Shown here in pieces: positions 52,201 to 64,000 of a stretch of DNA of 64,000 nucleotides (the stretch's first letter is position 1; every line of letters starts with the position of its first letter). The stretch is from Podarcis muralis (lineage: Eukaryota). Where the stretch lies: positions 8,432,001 to 8,496,000 of the forward strand of contig NC_135667.1 of the NCBI RefSeq assembly GCF_964188315.1. Direction: 5' to 3'. A program made the translations under genes and the position numbers. A model generated the notes under the pieces. It was not told the origin of the DNA. It saw only the letters and a program-made list of their open reading frames with translations, and searched no databases.

Positions 52201-55200
52201 TCAGCTTCAGGATCTCTCCTTCCAGTGAGCACTCAGGGCTGATTCCCTTACAAATGGATAGGTTAGTTCTTCTTACAGTCCATGAGACTCTCAAGAGTCT
52301 CTTCCAGCACCATAATTCAAAAGCATCAATTCTTTGGTGACCAGCCTTCTTAGGGTCCAGCTCTCACTTCCATACATCACTACTGGGAAAACCATAGCTT
52401 TAACGATACGGACATTTGTTGGCAAGGTGTTGTCTCTGCTTTTTAAGATGCTGCCTAGGTTTGTCATTGCTTTTCTCCCAAGAAGCAGAAGTCTTTCAAT
52501 TTCCTGAATCATGAATACCTCACCTTATCATGACAGGCTTAGGAGCTTATTAAAGTTTTAAATATTTCCTACACATGGTCTTTTCTCTATGCAATTTTCT
52601 CTGTGTCAAAACTCTTCCTGGGTGTTATGGATATACAGTTAGAAAATGACTATGGAACTTTGCTATAATATAGGATTATTGCTGCAAACGTTTATATGGA
52701 CAAAGATGGAAGGATCCATTATTCTAACAATGGAATAACTGTTAAAACTAATGGACCTAGCTGAGATGGCAAAATTGACATGTTTATTCAGAGAAAAGTC
52801 ATTCTTAACATTTGTTAAAGACTGGAAACCTCTCTTGGACATTTCGCGTGAAAAAGAAAAAGAAATAATAACAGTTTGATTTGAGGACTGAAGCTAATGG
52901 TTGTGTGGCTTTCTGGGTGTTATATTGGAGGGGATAAAGTGAATATTGCTTATTTATAGCAGACAGAGGAAGAACCAGAAGTCACTTACATTCTGAATTT
53001 TATTTCTCTCTTTCGTTTCACCTCCTTTCTATTTCTTTGTTTCTCTCTTTCTCTTTCTTTATCCCTTTCTTCCTCCCACATCTCTTTATGTTTTTATTGT
53101 GTTCAGATCAAAGTCTTGTTGTTGTTTAGTCGTTTAGTCGTGTCTGACTCTTCGTGACCCCATGGACCAGAGCACGCCAGGCACCTCTGTCCTCCACTAC
53201 CTCCCGCAGTTTGGTCAAACTCATGCTGGTAACCTCGAAAACACTATCCAACCATCTCGTCCTCTGTCGTCCCCTTCTCCTTGTGCCCTCCATCTTTCCC
53301 AGCATCAGTGTCTTCTGTTTGGACTTCTGACAAAGTCTTATTTTGGCCAAAAAAAAAGAGGGAAAATATTTGATATTAAGTTTTGTATTTTTATCTATAA
53401 ACCCTCATAAAGTTTATTTAAAAAACCCTCTCCAAAAAAAAATAAGATAATTTCCTGTTGGCAGGTGGTGCCTGTTTCTGTGTGCAATGACTACTGCCAC
53501 CCCGGTAATCGGAAGAAAAGGAAGGAAGGGAAGAAATTTTGCTGCTACGATTGTGTTCTATGTCCAGAAGGGAAGATTTCAAGCCAGAATGGTAAATGAC
53601 ATTTTTCACCGTACAAGACTAGTAATGATTAATGAGTCATATTGACTTAAAAGAACTTACATACTATGTTGTGCATGTAGCCAATATTCTCCTTCAAGTG
53701 GCATGAACATTTTTTCTGATGCCTTCCAGTAACTTCTTATAAAAACTTTCAAAAATGAATATTAATTAAAATGTTTTAAAAAATGCTACAATATGTTCAG
53801 CTCAAAAGGTAATTCAGATAATATTACATGACCACCAATTTCCTTAATTTCAGAAGATTGAGATAAACAGGTGCAGAGGCTGGGAACAAGATTGAGGGAA
53901 ATGGTGGAGGTTGCCCTCCCTTCTCCTGAAGCTTCCAATGGAGAGGAAGGCAGTACAGTGGTACCTCAGGTTACAGACACTTCAGGTTACAGATGCTTCA
54001 GGTTACAGACTCGACTAACCCAGAAATAGTACCTCGAATTAAGAACTTTGCCTCAGGATGAGAACAGAAATCGTGCAGTGGTGGCGCAGCAGCAGCAGGA
54101 AGCCCCATTAGCTAAAGTTAAGAACAGTTCCAGGTTAAGAATGGACCTCCAGAACGAATTAAGTTCTTAACCCGAGGTACCACTGTATTGAATAACACTT
54201 GTTGGTTTAGGAAAGTCACAGCTCAGAGAGAGATGAACAGAAGACTTGGGAGCTGCTGGGAGAAGAGCCAGGTGAGACAGAGCAGCCAGCTGACGGGTCA
54301 TCACTGGAGAGCATTTCTGCCCCTCTTCTCCAAGAACTCAGCGTTCATTGAGTGTGCAAGAGCAAAGGACTCAGAGACAGCTCCTGGCAGCCACCATCAG
54401 GGGAAGTGCTGTTGCTAGGAAGGGAGGCAGGAGGAGCTCATTTGGAGAAAAACCATTAATCGGGAGCCAGACTGATTCCTTTGTCTCATGCTGTGATGAT
54501 TTAACAAACTCATTAATAAGAACTCTTTCTTGTTTTTTCTCTGCTCCTTGTGGCCACCGGGGGAGGGAAAGAATTACCCGGATTCTGACAAGAGGAATGA
54601 TAACTTAGATGTAAGAGGCAAAGAACACACATGAATTGCAACTGGAGTTTGACTTTATGCTATTTTTTCAGATATAGACAACTGCTTCAGATGCCCAGAA
54701 GATCAGTATGCAAACAAGAACAAAAATGGATGCATTCCCAAGTTAATAACCTTTCTTTCCTATAAGGAACCTTTAGGGATTGGCTTAACATCAGTTGTTG
54801 TTCTTTGTTCCCTAATTACAATTTTGGTGCTGGGAACTTTTATTAAACACAAAGACACTCCCATTGTCAAAGCCAACAACAGGGATCTCACCTATGCTCT
54901 CCTCATTGCCCTCCTACTCTGCTTCTTGTCATCCTTTCTATTCATTGGTTACCCTGGCAAAATGACCTGCCTTTTTCGACAACCCACTTTCGGCATCATC
55001 TTCTCCATGGCTGTTTCTTGTGTGTTGGCCAAAACCATCACTGTAGTTGCAGCTTTCATGGCCACCAAGCCTGGGTCCACTATGAGGAAGTGGGTGGGAA
55101 AAAGACTGAGCAACTGCATTGTCCTTTCTGGCTCACTCATTCAAGTGAGTATTTGTACTGGGTGGTTGATGACCTCTCCCCCATTCCCTGATGTAGACAT

Positions 55201-55573
55201 GCTCTCAGTAACAGAGGAAACCATTTTGCAGTGCAATGAAGGGTCAGTGATCATGTTTTATTGTGTCCTGGGCTACATGGGCCTCCTGGCCATTGCCAGC
55301 TTCATTGTGGCATTTGCAGCTCGCAAATTACCAGACAGTTTCAATGAAGCCAAGTTCATTACCTTCAGCATGTTGCTGTTTTGCAGTGTTTGGCTTTCTT
55401 TTGTTCCAACCTATTTGAGCACCAAAGGGAAATCCATGGTGGTGGTGGAGATCTTCTCCATCTTGTCCTCCAGTGCTGGATTGTTTGGATGCATCTTTGC
55501 CCCCAAATGCTACATCATTGTGCTGAAGCCTGAGCTGAACAGCAGGGAGCAACTGATAAGGAGAAAGATGTAA
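48014..55573 (+). CDS. Vmn2r: V2R gene 6, complete six-exon receptor (~874 aa; alternative in-frame ATG at 47969)
   Basis: Exons 48014-48225, 48846-49137, 49920-50783, 51084-51311, 53465-53591, 54672-55573; GT-AG, open frame, 2625 nt. Confidence 0.95.
51965..52506 (-). mobile_element. RTE-BovB LINE 3' fragment
   Basis: ORF 52291-52512 [40 protein letters not shown] is the BovB RT C-terminus; characteristic tail present. Confidence 0.9.
52640..53100 (+). mobile_element. L1-like 3' fragment
   Basis: Decayed translation [12 protein letters not shown]...[19 protein letters not shown], followed by a pyrimidine-rich 3' region. Confidence 0.6.
53117..53315 (-). mobile_element. RTE-BovB LINE 3' end
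   Basis: KTLMLGK.EG.RRRGRQR.RWLDSV...[11 protein letters not shown] translation plus tail. Confidence 0.88.
53956..54185. mobile_element. Tc1/mariner MITE
   Basis: TA|CAGTGGTACCTC...GAGGTACCACTG|TA; same family as 36211-36453. Confidence 0.85.
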
Positions 55574-57174
55574 ATTTTTCTCTTTAAAATTGCATCTTAG
55601 TTCTTTGTTCTATTGTACTCTTAGGTATTAAGGAGTTTAGTATAAAGTTGTTACGGTAAGTACCTCTGGTCTCTAACTCTTTTGTGGGAGAAGTACATCA
55701 CGTACTATAAAGTTCAGATTTGTGAAATTAAAGTGGATTAAATGTTATGTCAACCTAGCACAGGGATAGGGGACCTCTGGCTGGTGGGCCAAATTTCATC
55801 TAGGAATGATTCCAATTGCCAGACCATTCCTGACAATCCACACTCATCTATCCCTCATCTGACTATACAATTGACAGTAAGTGTATCACAGGTACCAATT
55901 ATTTCAGAGGAACAATTCGGAGCTTAAAGTGAGTTCCTGATTGTGCATTTGCCATAAGAAGCAGCAACTGCTAGAAAGATGCATGCAAAGACTCAGTTTT
56001 GCAGTGGAAGACACTATCTGCTCCAAGAGGATGCATCTGTGGAAATGTGCCTTCAAATAGACTCATTGCCTGGCATTGCAACACCAAGTGATTAAAAGGT
56101 ATGGCCCTCCAGATGCTGAGAAACTACAACTCCCTTTATCCCAAGCAGGTTTGGCTAGTGGATAGGGGTGATGAGAGTGATAGCTCAGCAAAATTTGGAA
56201 GGCCAAATGTTCACTACCACCTGCTTTATACAACTAATAAATGATATTTAGATGAAAACACTTGCATTTATTTTAACATTATTGTTTAATTTATTATTCA
56301 GTGTTCTATGTCACAACCTCCAGTTTATTGCTAATAAAGTGACAGTTTATGTCTCATGAGATTCATTTCCAGGTGTGCTGGCAATATGTGTAACTTTTTT
56401 TTTAAAAAAAAGTTATTGATAACATTGATAAATGTTATCCTATTTTCCTGTCAGCCACAATCTCAGTTTGCATTAAAGGAGCTTGTACTAGATGACTCTT
56501 GAGGTCTCTCCCAACTCTAGAATTCTATGATGCCCAAGAATGGAAGGCAGCTTCTCCATTTCCTGCTTTTAAAGGGATCCGATTCAAACAAATGGAGACC
56601 GGGTGTTTCCTCCTCAAAACATATTATCCATAGCAAGTCATATTGGTTTGTTGGTTGACCAGCAAAGTGGTCAAACTTGTGGTTTCATCTATAGGTCCCC
56701 TCCGGCCACCTTCCCACAGCTGAACTGCCAAACACATTTTAATTTCCACTGTGGGGAATTAGGAAGGATATACATTTTAAATGATGGATGCAGATTTAGT
56801 TTACAGATTAAAAAGATTTACTATTCATTCATATATATTTATACCCCACTCTTCCTCCAAGAGCAGCAAATAAGCAAGAACAACATCTTGAAAACACTTC
56901 TGGGCAATTGTAAACTAATTCTATCAATTTAGAAATGCCGCACATAGAGAAACCGCTTTGTGGCATCTTGAGGGTTTCAAGTGAGGAACAAACTGCACAT
57001 TACACATCAATACAAAATCCTTGAAACCTTTTTTATTGTTTTAAATAGCTCGGTGAGAGATGGGTGGACATTTGGATTGGGAACATGCTGCACAGAAAAC
57101 GAGTAAACTTTTTGTCAGCCCATGATGAAGATGCTAGTATATTGGGTCAATTTCCCATTCAGATATATTATTAT

Positions 57175-57738
57175 TATTATTTATTTTATTTCTATACCGC
57201 CCTATACCTAAAGGTATCAGGGTGGTTCACATTAAGAATCACTTACATAACATCAAAACAGAAAGAAGTTTTACTTCCCCACCCCCTGTGAAAAGAGCCA
57301 GCATTTTAAAAAGGGTATAGAATGTCAGGTCAGGCAAAGGCCTGGTTGAAGAGGAATGTTTTTGCCTGATGCCTAAAGATGTAGAGTAAAGGTGCAAGGT
57401 GAATTTCCCTGGGGAGAGCATTCCACAGATGGGGAACCACCACAGATAAGGCTCCTTCTTGTGTTGCCACCCTCCTGACCTATTGAGGAGGAGGCACATG
57501 AAGAAGGGCCTCAGAGGATGATCTCAGGGCCCGGGCAGGTTCATATGGGGAGAGGCAGTCCTTAAGGTATTGTGGTCCTGAGCTGTTTAAGGCTTTATAG
57601 GTCACTTTGAATGGGGCCCAGAAACTAATCGGTAGCCAGTGCAGTTGGAGCAGGATCAGTGTAATATGGTCGAACCGTCTAGTTCCGGTGATCAACCTGG
57701 CCGCTGAGTTCTGCACTAGTTGTAGTTTCCATCTTCAG
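57175..57738 (-). mobile_element. L2 LINE 3' fragment
   Basis: QNSAARLITGTRRFDHIT.IL.QLHWLP...YKALN...P.YL.D.L..YEP.R.LRS is the L2 ORF2 C-terminus. Confidence 0.85.
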
Positions 57739-58193
57739 ATGGAAATGTGTGGAAATGTGTCTTCAAATAGACTCATTGCCTGGCATTGCGACACCAAGTG
57801 ATTGAAAGGTATGGCCCTCCAGATGCTGAGAAACTACAACTCCCTTTATCCCAAGCAGGTATGGCTAGTGGATAGGGGTGATGGGAGTTATAGGTTAGCA
57901 AAATTTGGAAGGCCAAATGTTCTCCACCACCTGCTTTATATAACAAATAAATGATATTTAGATGAAAACACTTGCATTTATTTTGACATCATTGTTTAAT
58001 TTATAGTTCAGTGTTCTATGTCACACCCTCCAGTTTATTGTTAATAAAGTTTTGACAGTTTTTGATAACATTGATAAAGGTTATCCTTTTTTCCTGTCAG
58101 CCACAATCTCAGTTTGCATTAAAGTAGATTGTACTAGATGACTTGTTCTAGATGACTTTTGAGGTCTCTCCCAACTCTAGAATTCTATGATGC

Positions 58194-58600
58194 CCTTAAG
58201 GTATTGTGGTACTGAGTTGTTTAAGGCTTCATAGGTCAATTGAATTGGGACCAGAACATATCAGTAGACAGTGCAGTTGGACCAGGATCGGTGGAATACG
58301 CTCAAACCATTTAGTTCCAGTGAGCAACCCGGCTGCTGAGTTCTGCACCAGTTGAGGTTTCCAAATCATCTTCAGAGGCAACCCTGCATATAACACATTA
58401 TAACACATTGCAGTAATCTAATTTTGAGATTACCAGAGCATAGACGACAGTAGTTGGGTGATCCCTGTCCAGATAGGGTCGTAGCTGGGCTACCAGCCGA
58501 AGCTCGTGGAAGGCACTCTTTGCCATTGAGGCCACCTGGGCCTCAAGTGACAGCAAGGGATCCAGGAATATCACCAAGCTACGAACCTGCTCCTTCAGAA
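58194..58600 (-). mobile_element. L2 LINE fragment
   Basis: LDPLLSLEAQV...AKSAF..LRLVAQLRPYL...VYALVISKLDYCN is the L2 RT C-terminal region. Confidence 0.85.
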
Positions 58601-59166
58601 GAAGTACATCCCCATCAAGAGCAGCCAATCTCCCACACATCTGGTCTGAGTAATAACACTTTAGGAATCAGCCCCTGCCTACATGGTCTGTGGTCGGAAA
58701 TGATGGAAGCTGTATTCCAGCAGCACCTGGAACCCCACAGGTTCTCCATTCTTGGAGCTTTACATTTATTTGATAAAACTGCAGTTGACCAGCCTCCTTT
58801 CATTTCAGGATCATCTACTACTTCTCGGAGTCATCAAAGCCGAAAGTTTCAGTCTTACTTTTCTTTTGGTGTTTGCTCACCATGGAAAATTGTATTTGTC
58901 ACTTTTTCTCTCCCTAAGGAGCAGATGATGGAAAGTGGGGGCAGTTCAGCATGTTTGTTAGCAAAACTGCTACTTACAGCCAAAGCAATGAAAAAGTAAC
59001 TATCTCACCCAACAATTATCCAAATCACTATACTTTGTTCACTTCTCTGAACCTTTCGAGGCTTCCTAGAACTCAAGAAATCAGTCAATAAGCAAACCAC
59101 AAAGTGGTTATAAAGAAACCGCATACTAATGGGAGCAGGAAACAGGAATAATGCTCATGTGTCACA

Positions 59167-59205
<39 letters not shown>

Positions 59206-59413
59206 TTGATCAGATTTAGCATCACAATGTTGGCAATCTTGGCTAATAAGGTACACAGCTGTAACCCTTTGATTCTCAAAAGCTGGTTGTAAACCATTCT
59301 TCTAAAGCTGTATTGACAGTGATAGGAATTAACCAATGTAGCCTGTTCAAGTCATGCAGCTGCTCTGAATGGAAACAGGAGGTGTGTGTTTAGAGAAAAG
59401 TCTGACCGCAAGG

Positions 59414-61315
59414 ATGCTCTGGCTGCTGATGTTATCTCTTCTCCCTCCTGCTGTGTGCAAAGTAGATACACTTAGGTGTCCCATGAATTATCCATTCCCT
59501 GCTCCACATCAGTGGTACCAACCAGGTGACCTCATCATTGGTGGGATTGCTTCTCAGATCTTTTATTTCTTCTTTGAAGTTTTCTTCAAGGAGCACCCTT
59601 CACAGAATATGTTTGATGTTCCATAGTAAGAGCCTTCCCCCTCTTTGCATCATTCTAAATCTCCTTTGCTTTTGTGTCATGTGTTTTAGATTGCAAATCT
59701 GAAGATAGAGATTGTCTTTGTTATTTTTTCAGGTGCTGTGGGAGAGAGCTGAAGAGAGGCACTAAAAATGCTTGAATCAATACATCTACCATTCCTCAAG
59801 GAGTCATTTTTAATTATTGACAGAAAATCTTTTGGGCAATCTCTGGCCACTCCTCATTCTCTGTCACATTATTTATCTTGGGCAATGTAGACAATAGTAG
59901 TTTGGTTTACCATATTGAGAATGCTTTCCATTCTGTAAAGCAAAATGAGGAAAAGGATTTTGAATTTTTGTTGCAAAAAATTATTGCACCAAACAATTGA
60001 AATTGTTCTACCATTCATACATTTATGAGGATAAAGTTGAAAATGGGGGGGGGGGGGTAATCTGGGGAATAAATTCAAATGATAAGACTAGAGCCATGTC
60101 TAAAGTTGTCTTTCAATTTCTCAAATGTTTTGTTCCCACATTAAAGAATCCTGAGTTTTTCTGCATTTGCAGGGAACTTTAGTAATTTTTCAAGGTATGA
60201 GGTTAAGCTTATTTCATTGTTGTGCACTGGACGATATGGGTGTATATATTTTACTTACAAAACTGTTTTAAATATATATCTACATATCATTCTTTTATAA
60301 AAAAATCAAAGTAGCTTACATCAGAAATACATAAAACCAAGCCGTAAACCAAGTTAAAAGCCATATTAAAAAGCTAAAAATGTGCATGTTTTTCTTTCTA
60401 GTAAACATTTATACAATGCTTTCAAATTGCCTCCTCTGTGGAAGGAGATAACTCATTTTGCACTTCCCTGAGTTTTAATATAAATGTTGGGAGATGGTGA
60501 GTCTGGCTGGTAAGCCCCTGCGATTAGTGGTCTTGCTGATTTTCTTTATAAAGGAATGTCCTTCATTTTGCCTAAATAAAAAATTTCTGCCCTTTAGTAA
60601 AATAAAGAAAAAGACTTTTAAATATGTAACAATCGACAACTTTCAGAAGTATAGTAGACTGTCTCCCAAGATTCCCACTGGGGAACCAAGAGAACTGAGA
60701 AGGTCAAGAAAGAAATTGATAGCATGTGTTTCAAAGTGTTAGGCATACCTTGAGAGAGGATAATCTTTATATGAAGTGCACTGAGTTCAACAGCTTAGAA
60801 AAATCAATGACATTTAAAATAATTTTATGTCAATCTTAATCTGTTTGTGGTAAAAATGGCATTGTGGCAAATTGATCTCATATTCCAAAGTTGTACATTA
60901 ATTATCTTTGCTTGCAGTGTAGTAACAAAATTCTACCAGCACATTCTTGCCTTGGCATTTGCTGTGAAAGAGATAAATGAGAACCCCAAGTTTTGTCCTA
61001 ATATCACTCTCGGCTTCCACATCTATGATAGCTACTATGATGCCAGAATGACCTATCGTACCACTCTTGACCTGCTCTTCAAATCACATCGATTTGTTCC
61101 CAACTACAAATGTGACACCCAGAAAAATCTCATAGCCATCATTGGGGGACTTAGCGCTGACACCTCCTTCTATATGGCTGACACAATTGGCCTCTACAAG
61201 ATTCCACAGGTAGGATCTCTTGCCTTACCATTCTGGGAGTCATTTTGAACTTTAGAAAAAGGAAGGGTTTTTGACTGACATTTAAATCTGATTTTTTTAA
61301 AAAATTGACGCTACG

Positions 61316-61368
<53 letters not shown>

Positions 61369-63481
61369 ATATTGCAGTGCTTTAAGTTGACCTGAGCTTT
61401 CTGCAACTCCACCCCAACTGGTTTAAAGGTGGCCTAGTAGATTTCTAAGCATCCCCCTACAAATGCCATTTTTCCTAGCATTCCATTTCAAGCCAATCCA
61501 TTCCCATTTCCATATGAGCCATAAGGAGGACACTTGCTTGCTCCATGAACAAACCTGGGGCTGGAAATTACAGCTCCCAATCTCCTCTCCTGCCACACTC
61601 ACTGAAACAAAAGGGAAATCACTGCCGTCTAACATCCTTCTGTCACATGCACTTACTACCTCAATTCTTTCGAAGTCGTTGCTTCTTCAACTTCATCCCA
61701 AACTTTCTGGCCCCTTTTTCCTTCCTGGCCCTTTGTCCCTTCCTTGTCTATTCTAGTTATCTGTCTTCCTCCATTCATTTACTTTTTCAATTTCCCCCTT
61801 TCCTTTCAATTATAAAAACCTTTTGGGATTGAGTAGTGGTCATTATTTTCTTTTGTATTGTTCCTGTTCTTGTTTATATTTGGTATTTTGTGCTTTTATT
61901 TCACATTTTTATGCTGAAAACACCCTGAGTTCTTCAGATGAAGGGCAATACACTAACTACCTAACAACCTAACTACCTAACTAACTAACTAACTACCTAA
62001 CTTCTTGGATTTAACCCATAAATTGCTTAAACATGTATTTTTTTGAATAATCTGGCATCTGCTGCTAAGCAATCTCTTTAACATTTTCTTTTAGCTCACA
62101 TATGGGTCATCTCCCCCAGACAAAAATTATGGAAGCCAAGTACCATTTTACCGCATGGTGCCCAATGAAGCCCATCAGTATATGGGGATTATCAGTTTGC
62201 TTAAGCATTTCAGATGGACCTGGGTCGGGCTCTTCACTGTCGATGATAATAGTGGAGAACATTTCTTGGAGACCCTGGAGCCATTATTTTCCCATAATGG
62301 AATCTGTTTAACCTTCACGCAAAGAATCCCACAAATACCCCGTTTTGATAACTTTGATGGATTTCATGATATAGTTTTGAATATTTATGTTCATTTAACA
62401 GATGACAAAGCCCATGTATTTATGATGTATGGAGAATCTATGACAATTATATGGCTCAGAAGTATTCTATTTCCAAGCGATCCTGAAAATAGGGAAACAT
62501 CATCATTTAAAAAGGTGTGGATTGTAACATCTCAGATTGATTTCATATTAACAGGATTTCAAAGGAGTTGGGGCCTTCAGATCTTCCAAGGTGCTATTTC
62601 CTTCACAATTCATTCACAAAATCTCCCACAGTTCCAAGAATTTCTTCAGGGAATAAAACTTCACTGGACACAGGGAGATGGGTTTTTCAAGGACTTCTGG
62701 GAGCAAGCATTTGATTGTACATTTCCAAATCCCAGTGTACCAATAGAGGACATTGACCTGTGTACTGGGGAGGAAAGGTTGCAGAGTCTTCCAGCATCTC
62801 TATTTGAAATGAGCATGACTGGCCACAGCTACAGTATCTACAAGGCTGTTTACATTGTGGCTCATATTTTGCAAGGGATATACTTGACTGGTTTCAAGAA
62901 AAGAGCCATAGGAAACAGTGGAATATTAAAAATTCAAGATCTGCAGCCTTGGCAGGTAATGGATTGCAATTGAAGAGTATAAAAATATCAGACAATTTCA
63001 ATGAATAGATTTGTAAAAGTAAAAGGTTGATGACAATTGGAAGAAACAAGCTGCTGCTAAAATGCCACTACGGGTCTCATTCACTGAAGAATATTTAATA
63101 TCAAGCAGCTGATTAATGCTGGGTCTTTGTTAGAATAAGTTACATAAACATAGGTAAATAATATTCCTAAAGAATGTTGGTAGAAAATCATGGCATTTTA
63201 TTAAAAGCTCCATTGCATTATTTTCCTTTCATGTATTTTGTCTCTTTCCTTAGCTGCACCATTTTTTCCATGACATTTCATTTAACAACTCAGCTGGAGA
63301 AACAGTAACATTTACTGATAAGAGAGAAATGCGAGGTGGATTTGACATAATGAACATGGTCACATTCCCAAATAAGTCTTTCATTCAATTGAAAATAGGA
63401 TGTGTGAATCCCTATGCTCTTGATGGAAAAGAATTCATCATTCATGAGGACATGATTATGTGGCCCAAAGGTTTTAAACAG
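59414..63481 (+). CDS. Vmn2r: V2R gene 7, exons 1-4 (3' part beyond the window); close paralog of gene 6
   Basis: Exons 59414-59625, 60918-61209, 62095-62955, 63254-63481; GT-AG, open frame; alternative in-frame ATG at 59369. Confidence 0.92.
61317..61367. repeat. (TTA)n microsatellite
   Basis: Direct read. Confidence 0.95.
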
Positions 63482-63662
63482 GTCTGGCGTCTGGGGTCAT
63501 TCAGGAGTCTTCAGATGGGTCATTCAGGTGTCTCAACATCACCATCACTGATTTCTTTCATAAACGCATGAAAATAATTTTGGTACCAGCTGGATGCAAT
63601 TATGAGCTTCCAAAACCAAACTATTCTTTTGTTTTAATAATGTTTACTATGCCACATTTATT

Positions 63663-64000
63663 GCTGTGGGTTAAACCACAGATCCTAGGACTTGCCGATC
63701 AGAAGGTTGGCGGTTCGAATCTCCGCGACGGGGTGAGCTCCTGTTGCTCGGTCCCAGCTCCTGCCAACCTAGCAGTTCAAAAGCACGTCAAAGTGCAAGT
63801 AGATAAATAGGTACCGCTCTGGCGGGAAGGTAAACGGCGTTTCCGTGCGCTGCTCTGGATCGCCAGAAGCGGCTTAGTCATGCTGGCCACATGACCCGGA
63901 AATTGTACGCTGGCTCCCTCGGCCAATAAAGCGAGATGAGCGCCGCAACCCCAGAGTCGGTCACAAATGGACCTAATGGTCAGGGGTCCCTTTACCTTTA
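63663..64000 (+). mobile_element. Sauria SINE (slightly 5' truncated) in gene 7 intron 4
   Basis: GCTGTGGGTTAAACCACAG head remnant through the GGGGTCCCTTTACCTTTA tail. Confidence 0.9.

Noticed and set aside
54200-54589. Possible TG...CA LTR-like element in gene 6 intron 5
   Set aside because: No TSD or convincing inverted termini found by eye.
1-64000. CRISPR arrays, rRNA/tRNA genes or prokaryotic systems
   Set aside because: The sequence is intron-containing vertebrate DNA; tRNA-like boxes belong to SINE heads and no repeat-spacer array is present.

Overview
Vertebrate genomic DNA, most likely a lacertid lizard (inferred from Sauria SINE and Squam3-like SINE content). The window is a tandem cluster of vomeronasal type-2 receptor (V2R, class C GPCR) genes, all on the + strand, with the canonical six-exon layout (exons 2, 4, 5 and 6 = 292/228/127/902 bp; exon 1 = 203-215 bp; exon 3 = 861-870 bp). 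Four complete genes have intact reading frames and GT-AG splice sites (1306-9442, 26002-34418, 37063-44560, 48014-55573), one gene runs off the window end (59414-63481+), and there is an orphan pseudo-exon 1 (34909-35118). Two neighbouring copies carry complementary deletions: one keeps only promoter, exon 1 and a 3' scrap of exon 6; the next lacks promoter and exon 1 but keeps intact exons 2-6. Splicing them together would give a full-length chimeric V2R (11713-23868). Introns and spacers contain Sauria SINEs (one nested), a Squam3-like SINE, BovB/L1/L2 fragments, Tc1/mariner MITEs, a solo LTR, a DIRS/Ngaro-like insert encoding an SGNH hydrolase, and two Penelope-like remnants with hammerhead ribozyme motifs antisense to the V2R genes. 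A shared motif lies about 420-515 bp upstream of each intact exon 1. All calls were made by eye; no database searches were run.
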